Shown piece after piece: positions 21,498 through 29,588 of a stretch of DNA of 64,000 nt (positions are counted from its first letter, which is position 1; each line of letters opens with the position of its first letter). Source of the stretch: Promethearchaeota archaeon (lineage in GTDB: Archaea > Asgardarchaeota > Lokiarchaeia > Sigyniarchaeales > SOKP01). Position numbers and translations under genes: made by a program. The notes below the pieces were generated by a model. It ran no database searches, was not told where the DNA came from, and saw only the letters and a program-made list of their open reading frames with translations. The stretch covers positions 8,130 to 72,129 of the forward strand of contig JBHLNS010000013.1 in the NCBI GenBank assembly GCA_048941285.1, given 5' to 3'.

Positions 21498-22880
21498 TTG
21501 AAAGTGAGAATTTTGGGTGAAAATGAAAAACGTTTATCTAAGGAAGAAATTGAACATCAAAAGAAACTTGTTGATGATCTTTTAAAGAAAGGAAAGAAAG
21601 AAAGAGAAGCTTATCTAAAAAAAACTGAAGAAGAGAGAAAAAAATCTTTCGAAAAAGGAAAAGAACAGATTTCGGGGTCTATTGATGAAAAAGCCTTTAT
21701 GATTGAAAAACGAAGGGAAATCGATAAACAGCGTAAATCAATGCACGCAGATATCGATGGTACTGGAGAAAAAATTGAGAAATCTGTCAGTGAAAAAGCA
21801 TTTCGAATAGAAAAAAGAAGGGAACTAGATGAGCAACGCATGGGAATTCATGCAGATATTGATGGAACTGGAGCAAAGATACAAAAAATTGTTAGTGAAA
21901 AAGCATTTCGTGTTGATAAGCAACGAGAATTAGACGATTACCGCAAATCTATACATGCAGATATCGATCAGACTGGAGCAAAAATTGAGAAGTCAATAGG
22001 CGAGAAAGCTTTTATGATGGAAAAAAAGAAAGAGTTGGATGAAACTCGAAAAGAAATTCATGCTGATATAGGTGGAACAGGTGCAAAGATAGAAAAAGCT
22101 ATTAGTGAAAAGGCATTTCGAATAGAAAAGCAACGGGAATTAGACGAACAACTTAAAGCAATTCATGCAGATATTGATAGAACTGGAGAACAAATAGAAA
22201 AACTAATTGGCGAGAAAGCATTTTTAATAGAAAAAAGAAGGGAACTAGATGAGCAACGAAAAGAGATTCATGCAGATATTGATGGAACTGGAGAACAAAT
22301 AGAAAAACTAATTAGCGAGAAAGCTTTTATGATAGAAAAAAAAAGGGAACTAGATGAGCAACGAAAAGAGATTCATGCAGATATTGAAGGAACTGGAGGA
22401 CAAATAGAAAAATCAATTGGCGAGAAAGCCTTTATGATAGAAAAAAGAAGGGAACTAGATGAAAAACGAAAAGACATTCATGCTGATATTGATGGAACTG
22501 GAGAACAAATAGAAAAATCAATTGGCGAGAAAGCTTTTATGATAGAAAAAAGAAGGGAACTAGATGAAAAACGAAAAGACATTCATCCAGATCTAGAAAG
22601 TGCTGCGGAACGAATTGAAAAATCGATAGGCGAGAAAGCTTTTAGGATTGAAAAACAACGAGAATTAGACGAACAACGAAAAGACATTCATCCAGATCTA
22701 GAAAGTGCTAGCAAACAAATCCTTACCACTATTGAAAGACATGCAGAAAAAATAGAAGAAAAAAAAGATATTGACGATAAACGAATTGAAATAAAAACTG
22801 ATGCAAATCACATTGTTAAAAAATTTGAAAATGAAGTTGATAAATTTAAAAAAGATAATAATAATGAAAATTCTGCTTAA
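21498..22880 (+). CDS. Charged helical tandem-repeat protein (ten 35-aa repeats)
   Basis: Repeat consensus SIGEKAFMIEKRRELDEQRKEIHADIDGTGEQIEK. Confidence 0.9.
   Translation: MKVRILGENEKRLSKEEIEHQKKLVDDLLKKGKKEREAYLKKTEEERKKSFEKGKEQISGSIDEKAFMIEKRREIDKQRKSMHADIDGTGEKIEKSVSEKAFRIEKRRELDEQRMGIHADIDGTGAKIQKIVSEKAFRVDKQRELDDYRKSIHADIDQTGAKIEKSIGEKAFMMEKKKELDETRKEIHADIGGTGAKIEKAISEKAFRIEKQRELDEQLKAIHADIDRTGEQIEKLIGEKAFLIEKRRELDEQRKEIHADIDGTGEQIEKLISEKAFMIEKKRELDEQRKEIHADIEGTGGQIEKSIGEKAFMIEKRRELDEKRKDIHADIDGTGEQIEKSIGEKAFMIEKRRELDEKRKDIHPDLESAAERIEKSIGEKAFRIEKQRELDEQRKDIHPDLESASKQILTTIERHAEKIEEKKDIDDKRIEIKTDANHIVKKFENEVDKFKKDNNNENSA
21678..22727 (+). repeat. Ten tandem 105-bp coding repeats
   Basis: Recurring gagaaagcttttatgatagaaaaaagaagggaactagatg...cattcatgcagatattgatggaactggag units. 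Confidence 0.93.
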
Positions 22881-22884
22881 AAAA

Positions 22885-23394
22885 TTAAATATGAATATTA
22901 AATTTGAATAATGAGTCCAAATTCATACTTTTTAACCTTTTTTTATAATCTAATATTGCGGGATATACTTCACCATTAAAATTATTAATTTGATGCTTAA
23001 ATCTGATATAAAAGTCTTCAACAATTTCTCTTAGAATTCCTCTTTCTACCTGTAAATTTGTTTTCTTAGTAATTGCTATTGCTAAAAGTCTTCCTTCTCT
23101 CTCATACAGAATTCTTGTGCCTTTGAAGTTAATTTCTTGGAGCTCTTCATTGGCTCCTTCATTAACTTCGTTAATGAATAAATTTATAGCATTCAAAAAG
23201 CTACAAATTAAGTCATCCTTTAAAAAGTTCAAATTATCAGTATATCGGTTGCTTACAAGTAAAGCACCAGTCTCATAATCTATAAAATACAACGCATGGA
23301 ACCTGCATTCTTGAGAAGTATACTTTTCAAGCTTAAATCCAAAGGAATTGTTATTTTTATCAAAATTATTTTGGAAATCCATTATTAAAGCCAC
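22885..23394 (-). CDS. Longin-like domain protein
   Basis: LYFIDYETGALL..DLICSFLNAINLF..LQEINF..LREIVEDF pattern typical of Asgard longin-like proteins. Confidence 0.65.
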   Translation of the reverse strand: MALIMDFQNNFDKNNNSFGFKLEKYTSQECRFHALYFIDYETGALLVSNRYTDNLNFLKDDLICSFLNAINLFINEVNEGANEELQEINFKGTRILYEREGRLLAIAITKKTNLQVERGILREIVEDFYIRFKHQINNFNGEVYPAILDYKKRLKSMNLDSLFKFNIHI

Positions 23395-23619
23395 AATTAA
23401 TTCTTATTTATTAAGGATAATAAATAATGAAAATAGCGTTTTGATATAAAATACAAATATTATCTTAGTAATACCAGAATTCTTAGTAAAGAAGATTCAT
23501 AAGCTTTTAATTAAAGAAAAACATAACAAAACCAACCTATATAAAACGTGTAAAAAAATAAATATAAAAAAACTTTATATATGCTTACGCAAATATAAGT
23601 TTTAATTATCTTTCGGTTT

Positions 23620-24087
23620 TTGATTATAATGGAAACGGACAATAGCACTCAAAAAAATAGAATTTCCATAGGTCTTATTATAAACAATGAAGAACTTAGT
23701 AAAAATCCTATTTTTCCTTCTGAAATAAAAGAAGAAATATTAGAATCGCCCTATTATTTACTAATTTTCATTTCTCGTGAAGATGTTGTTAAAATTAGCT
23801 GTTTTCCCACAAAAAATAAAAATATTAAAAAAATCCTTGTAAAACTTAAGGAATTTTCTCCAGACCTTGTCAAAGGCATTTCTAATGTATTGAATGAATT
23901 AAATTTAAGCAAAGAAATATTACATACAACGGGATTATGCTATGAAATGGAAAAATGTTTTTATGAAACGTATCTAATTGGTGATATGATTGATGCAGGG
24001 AAATTAACAGTTGATACTATTCAGCAAAAATTTATGTCTGTTGCTAACGTTCTTAATGTAATGATTGAGAATATTCCGGCACTTTAG
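23620..24087 (+). CDS. Hypothetical protein (possible ACT-like C-terminal domain)
   Basis: 155-aa ORF; beta-alpha-beta-beta-alpha-beta-like pattern with ILHTTGLC. Confidence 0.65.
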   Translation: MIIMETDNSTQKNRISIGLIINNEELSKNPIFPSEIKEEILESPYYLLIFISREDVVKISCFPTKNKNIKKILVKLKEFSPDLVKGISNVLNELNLSKEILHTTGLCYEMEKCFYETYLIGDMIDAGKLTVDTIQQKFMSVANVLNVMIENIPAL

Positions 24088-24185
24088 TAGAATAGCATAA
24101 ATTCTATGGTAATTAATAATTTTTTTTAATATCTTAATAAGACTTAATTAATTCTGTTTAAGGGACAATTATTAAATGAGATTTA

Positions 24186-24392
24186 ATGAGTGATAAAAAA
24201 ACACCTCCTCCTCCGATATTGCCCCCTCCAGTTAGTTTAAGCGAGAAATTCTGTCTTTTTCATAAAGGGCATATCAAGGGAGAAATTTACATATGTCCCT
24301 CCTGTAAAACAAAATATTGTCTAGAATGCGCTGAAAAAGCAAAAAAAGAAGGAACACTCTGTATAAAATGCAAGTATTTAGTATTGATGTAA
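24186..24392 (+). CDS. Small RING-like zinc-finger protein with polyproline N-terminus
   Basis: PPPPILPPP, then CxxH..CxxC-x4-CxxC..CxxC (8 ligands). Confidence 0.78.
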   Translation: MSDKKTPPPPILPPPVSLSEKFCLFHKGHIKGEIYICPSCKTKYCLECAEKAKKEGTLCIKCKYLVLM

Positions 24393-24428
24393 TTAAATTC
24401 CTAAATTTTATTTTTCAATCTTATTTTT

Positions 24429-24815
24429 CTACTTTTTCAGTTGTTTAATTGAAGATAGAGATCTCCAAGCTTTCCAAAAAATTAACCACAATATAATAAA
24501 AATAAATAAGGATGTCGCAAATGTGTATCCCCCTATAAATATATCCCCTATAAACAAGAAGGGAATTCCAGCAATCGCAAACCCAAACAAATATCCATAC
24601 CCCCAATATCGATTTTTTAAACCAATAATAACGGTAGGTAATATAGTTGTAAAAATGATTGTTAAATATGACCAAATCTCCATAGACTCTAAAATTATCA
24701 ACATATTTATCCAAGATACAATGAACCCAACAATTATCCACATTATTGTCACAACATCAATCTTAAATTCTGGTTCAGGCCTTCCTACAGATTGATCTCC
24801 ACTTCTACTTGACAT
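24429..24815 (-). CDS. Small 4-TM membrane protein
   Basis: Four hydrophobic segments and a basic C-terminus. Confidence 0.75.
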   Translation of the reverse strand: MSSRSGDQSVGRPEPEFKIDVVTIMWIIVGFIVSWINMLIILESMEIWSYLTIIFTTILPTVIIGLKNRYWGYGYLFGFAIAGIPFLFIGDIFIGGYTFATSLFIFIILWLIFWKAWRSLSSIKQLKK

Positions 24816-25073
24816 AATTATGTAAAATTATTGTTTCCGCTACCAATATTAATTCTTTTTTTTAATTTTAATTCAATTTTAACTTAAAATTAATCTACAA
24901 ACTATAATGATTTAATTTATAAACTCTTAATGATATATTAAATTTAGGATAAAAATTTAAATTCAATCTATCAATAAAAAAACACAATTTAATTGAATTC
25001 TAAAACAATTTTAAATTTAAACAAAACAGAATAGGAAAAAAAATAATATAAGATTAACAAAAATCAAAAAAAA

Positions 25074-25193
25074 TGACTCCTGCCTACACCCTGGATTTTT
25101 GTCTTTTGGTAGTGTAAATTCTTACACTCTGATTTCGCCCTCCTCCCCCTATTTTGTTTTGACGCGTACTTGCGTCTCGTAGGGCAGGAGTCA
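25074..25193. ncRNA. Candidate structured ncRNA or cis-element of unknown family
   Basis: 57/120 G+C inside a very AT-rich intergenic region; 14-bp closing stem 25074-25087/25179-25193; two internal hairpins. Confidence 0.65.
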
Positions 25194-25569
25194 CCCTTAA
25201 TAGTTTCTAATCTCATATTTGACATCAAGCTACTAATCTTTTGAAAGTTATAAAATTTTAAATAATAATTAGCTGTGAGAAAAAACAGAATATTTAGAAA
25301 TATTTCAAGGCTTTACAAAAAAAATGAAAGAAAACTTCCCAAATCTAGTTCAAATCTGAAATTTAAAGCTATCGATTATAATTTCAATTTAAGAAGATTA
25401 AAATATAACACAAAATTTTCAATTTTATTAAGATTTTTAATCTTTTTTAATAATATCGTTAATACTATAGATATTATTAAAAGATTTAAATGATTTAAAT
25501 GTTTAATTAATAGAATAACTATTTATTAAAATACTATTTTAACCAAATTATAACAGAGTATAGATTCAT

Positions 25570-27303
25570 ATGACAGAGTTAGAAACTCAATCTGCTCAAA
25601 AAGGTAACATCGAAATTATTCGAACCACCACTAGCATATGCCCAGAATGTATGCACCATCTTCCTGCTGAAATTTATGTAGATCCCGAAACAAATTGGGT
25701 GATGATGCGAAAAACCTGTAAAGATCATGGAGAATTCAAAGATAAATTGTCTATTAATCCAGAGGATTATAAATGGCAACAAACCTTTACCAATGAGATT
25801 GGATCTACCATAAATAACTCTACAAAACCTGAATACGTATCCTCAGGAATTAAAGAATGCAGCCCTAAGGGATGCCCGTTTGATTGTGGTCTTTGTGAAA
25901 ATCATCAAAGTGCTCCGAACATCTGCTTAATCGATATTACTAATAGGTGCAATTTAGCATGTCCAATATGCTTTGCGAATGCCAGTGCAGCAGGTTACGT
26001 TGTTGAGCCAACCTTTGAAGAACTCGTTAGAATTATGGAACATTTTAGATCGATGGAACCTATTCCGGCTGTTTTATTACAACTTTCTGGAGGAGAGCCT
26101 ACTGTTAGAGATGATCTGCCTGAAATAATCCGAAAAGGTAAAGAATTAGGCTTCACTGAAGTGATGGTTACTACTAATGGGGTAAGATTTGGTAAATCAC
26201 CAGAATTTATGCAAAAATGCATGGATGCTGGGATGGACGCGATTTATCTGCAATTTGATGCTACTAATAACCCCGAAATATGGAAGAAGATTAGAGGAGT
26301 AAATTTATGGCCTCTTAAACAGCGAGTTATTGAAAATGCCCGTAAAATTGGATTTTATGGTATTATGTTAGTCCCAGTTATAGCAAAGGGAGTAAATGAT
26401 CATGAAATCGGGAAGATTCTGGATTATGCTCGAGATAATTGTGATGTGGTATCAGGTATAATCTTCCAACCAGTTTCTTTAACTGGACGTATCAGTTTTG
26501 AAGAATTAATGGATATTAGATACACTACTTCTGATTTAAAGGAAGCTATCAATGCTCATACAGGTGGGGCTGTGACTAAATTCTATCCGATAGCAACAAC
26601 AGCAAAAATGACGAAATTACTGGCTTGGTTTGATGATATGCCTCCATTTAGCATGACAAGCCATCAAGACTGTGGTTTTTGTACTATTTGCGTTGTAAAC
26701 GAGAAAGGAGGATGGGATCCTATTGAAAAATATTTTGATGCTGAAGGTTTAATTCGTTGGTCAAATAAAGTTTGGGATATGGTTGAAAAACAGGAGGTTC
26801 CAAAACCTACTGGGTTGTTAAAAGGGGTTGATTTAAATGATTTTGGTCAGATAATCTCCAAAATCGGAAATTTCGTAGATGACATGACCAGCTTAGGATA
26901 TCGCCAAGCTATAAAAGCTTACTATTTCGCAGGAGCAGCACGTTATATTAAACATCCAGAAAAAATCCTTACAAATAAAACTTATCAAGCCTTTGCTCGC
27001 TTGGTAATGGCCCCAAACCTGAAATCGGCAGGGGACTTTCTCCATAATCGCAATCTTATGATCAGTAGCATGCATTTCCAGGATAGTTATAACTTCGACC
27101 TTAACCGAGTATGTAACTGCCTTGTTCACTACGGAGTCATCGATCCAGAGGATTCTACAAAAGTCCGGGAGATTCCTTTCTGTAGTATGAACACATATCA
27201 TAGACCAATTATTGAGCGACAACTTGCGATTGCAGGAAAAACAGCAAAGAAACCAGAAGTTATCCAAGCAGAAATCGAAGAACTGTTAAAAACAGTTGAA
27301 TAG
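25570..27303 (+). CDS. tes: Tetraether lipid synthase (GDGT-MAS, MJ0619-type radical SAM)
   Basis: TTSICPEC..KTCKDHG, GCPFDCGLC, TNRCNLACPICFA, SGGEPT, HQDCG, MHFQDSYNFD..C..HY, IPFC. Confidence 0.88.
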   Translation: MTELETQSAQKGNIEIIRTTTSICPECMHHLPAEIYVDPETNWVMMRKTCKDHGEFKDKLSINPEDYKWQQTFTNEIGSTINNSTKPEYVSSGIKECSPKGCPFDCGLCENHQSAPNICLIDITNRCNLACPICFANASAAGYVVEPTFEELVRIMEHFRSMEPIPAVLLQLSGGEPTVRDDLPEIIRKGKELGFTEVMVTTNGVRFGKSPEFMQKCMDAGMDAIYLQFDATNNPEIWKKIRGVNLWPLKQRVIENARKIGFYGIMLVPVIAKGVNDHEIGKILDYARDNCDVVSGIIFQPVSLTGRISFEELMDIRYTTSDLKEAINAHTGGAVTKFYPIATTAKMTKLLAWFDDMPPFSMTSHQDCGFCTICVVNEKGGWDPIEKYFDAEGLIRWSNKVWDMVEKQEVPKPTGLLKGVDLNDFGQIISKIGNFVDDMTSLGYRQAIKAYYFAGAARYIKHPEKILTNKTYQAFARLVMAPNLKSAGDFLHNRNLMISSMHFQDSYNFDLNRVCNCLVHYGVIDPEDSTKVREIPFCSMNTYHRPIIERQLAIAGKTAKKPEVIQAEIEELLKTVE

Positions 27304-27560
27304 CTTTTTCAATTTATGTATTTTTTTTTATAATATTTCTATTTCTACTTTTTCAAGACACTTCTTTTTTATTCAATTTCCAATTTAGAAGCCTTCCATT
27401 AATTGAATCTGATTTTTTAGTGGATGTGAATAGGTGAAAAATAATATCTAATTTTAATGTACTCTGAATATTGAATTATAAGGGGATATTTAAAAATCCT
27501 ACAAATTTATATAAGATCGCATATCATATACATTTGTAAAATTCAAACCAAGGTGATCAT

Positions 27561-27995
27561 TTGCCAAAGATTGAAAGAAAGATAAATATAGAATCTACTC
27601 CAGATAAAATCTTTAAAATTATATCAGATGGTTTTAATACTCCAAAATGGAATCCTGCTGTAGAATCTGTTTTAGAGATTGAAGATAATAAAATCCAGTT
27701 AGATACTGATATTGGAGGTATTATCGTTATTAGGACTGAAAAAGAGGAGGATAAAAATATTACATGGTATACAGAAAACAGCGAGATGAATTCAATTGGT
27801 TATAATATAATTCCTAAGAGTGAAAAAACATCAAAAGTAAATATTTGGACAGAATTTGATGATAAGAAACAATCAAAATTATTCAAGGAGACTGCGGATA
27901 ATATTTTATTAGGATTAAAGAATTATGTTGAATATATCGAAAATGGAGGAGACCCTGATATTTATAAAAAATGGGAGGCTTTAATTTCTCCATAA
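27561..27995 (+). CDS. SRPBCC/START-fold ligand-binding protein
   Basis: I.STPDKIF....PKWNP..LLGLKNYVE; aggtga RBS before TTG. Confidence 0.8.
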   Translation: MPKIERKINIESTPDKIFKIISDGFNTPKWNPAVESVLEIEDNKIQLDTDIGGIIVIRTEKEEDKNITWYTENSEMNSIGYNIIPKSEKTSKVNIWTEFDDKKQSKLFKETADNILLGLKNYVEYIENGGDPDIYKKWEALISP

Positions 27996-28086
27996 AAATT
28001 TCTTTTTTTTTTGTGAACCTTGAGATTATCAATTTAAGTAAAAAACTCTAGGATTTGAAGGTAATTATTTTAAAATTCTTAAAAAT

Positions 28087-29511
28087 TTAAATTAATTTCC
28101 AATTAGGCCCATCCGGAGTGTCTTCAAGCTGAATTCCCGCTCTTCTCAATTTTTCTCTAATTTCATCACTTAGTTTATAATTTTTTGCTTTCCTGGCTTT
28201 ATCACGGATATCTATTATAATAGCCATTAATTCACTTAATGTTACATCAGTAGCTGCTTCTCGTTTATTGAAATCAAGCCCAAAAACAGTTAAAAGCTCA
28301 AGCAGCGTTTTTTTTGCCGAATTAAGAATTTCGGATTTGTTGTCTAAAGAGCTATTAATTTTTTTTATAAACTCGTAGATTGTAGCAAGAGCTTTAGGAT
28401 TATTGAAATCATCATCCATTGCGGAGTTAAAGTCTTTTTTTACATTTTCTATTGCTTCTATAAGATTATCTTCAACTCCACCAGATGAATTAGCTATTGC
28501 ATTTAAACAATTTTTTATTTTTTCAATATTATTTTTTGCATTCTCAATAACTTGGGGATTCCAATCCACTGCAGATCTATAATGTCCAGACACAAGCCCC
28601 ATTCTTACAATAAGTCCTCCATATTCATCAATTAACTCGCGGGCAGTAACATAGTTTCCAAGGCTTTTACTCATTTTTTTGCCATTTAAAGTAATAAATT
28701 CCGCATGCATCCAATAATTTACAAATTTTTTTCCTGTAGCGGCTTCAGATTGGGCAATTTCATTAGGATGATGAGTAGGAATATGATCAATACCGCCACC
28801 ATGAATATCCAGTGTTTCTCCTAAATATTTCATACCCATGACGGAACATTCAAGATGCCATCCAGGATAACCCTCCCCCCAAGGAGAATTCCATCGCATA
28901 ATATGGATTTGATCTCCTTTTTGGGCATTTAACCATAATGCGAAATCAAAATAATTCTTTTTTAATGGATCTTGAGCCACACGGGCTTGTGCTTTTTCTT
29001 CATCAAGCTTTAATCTTGCGAGTTTCCCATAATCTTCGAATTTCGTAGTATCATAATATACATTACCTTCTACTTCATAAGCATAACCTTTTTTTAGCAA
29101 AATTTTGATAATTTCAATCATATCGGGGATAACAGCCGTTGCTCTAGGAGATATATTAGGTCTTTGAATGTTTAAATCATCAATTACTTGCCAATATTCT
29201 TTAATTTGTTTATCGACTAGTTCCCAAGGATTTATTTTTTTTTCTCGTGCTCTTTTTTCAATTTTATCTTCTCCTTGATCTTCATCATCAGTTAAATGAC
29301 CTACATCAGTGAAGTTTTGAACATGGAATACGTTATAACCTTTGTATCTTAAGTATCTAATAACCACATCCCATGAACTATATGTCCTGGCATTTCCGAT
29401 ATGCACATCATCATATACAGTTTGCCCACATGTATAGATTCGAACTCGACCTTCCTCTATTGGTTTAAAAACCTCCTTTTGTCGAGTCATGGTGTTATAG
29501 ATTTTAAGCAT
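28087..29511 (-). CDS. cysS: Cysteinyl-tRNA synthetase
   Basis: CGQTVYD..HIGN, PGWHLECS, DIHGGG, KMSKS, AMDDDFN. Confidence 0.97.
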   Translation of the reverse strand: MLKIYNTMTRQKEVFKPIEEGRVRIYTCGQTVYDDVHIGNARTYSSWDVVIRYLRYKGYNVFHVQNFTDVGHLTDDEDQGEDKIEKRAREKKINPWELVDKQIKEYWQVIDDLNIQRPNISPRATAVIPDMIEIIKILLKKGYAYEVEGNVYYDTTKFEDYGKLARLKLDEEKAQARVAQDPLKKNYFDFALWLNAQKGDQIHIMRWNSPWGEGYPGWHLECSVMGMKYLGETLDIHGGGIDHIPTHHPNEIAQSEAATGKKFVNYWMHAEFITLNGKKMSKSLGNYVTARELIDEYGGLIVRMGLVSGHYRSAVDWNPQVIENAKNNIEKIKNCLNAIANSSGGVEDNLIEAIENVKKDFNSAMDDDFNNPKALATIYEFIKKINSSLDNKSEILNSAKKTLLELLTVFGLDFNKREAATDVTLSELMAIIIDIRDKARKAKNYKLSDEIREKLRRAGIQLEDTPDGPNWKLI

Positions 29512-29514
29512 AAA

Positions 29515-29572
29515 ATAATAAAGAATAGGGAAAAATAAGAATTTTACGGAAGATTTTAAGATCTATCTTCCT
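29515..29572 (-). terminator. Hairpin plus U-rich tract between ileS and cysS
   Basis: Minus strand GGAAGAT..ATCTTCC stem followed by T-rich sequence. Confidence 0.35.
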
Positions 29573-29588
29573 CGTTTTCAATTTTAGG

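Noticed and set aside
21678-22727. CRISPR array
   Set aside because: Repeats are contiguous, in frame and degenerate, with no unique spacers and no cas genes
25074-25193. 5S rRNA or tRNA-Sec (similar size, paired ends)
   Set aside because: No 5S loop C CCGAAC or helix II/III pattern, and no cloverleaf or TTCRA loop on either strand
25275-25493. 72-aa ORF upstream of tes
   Set aside because: Low-complexity AT-rich translation with a GTG start; likely promoter DNA
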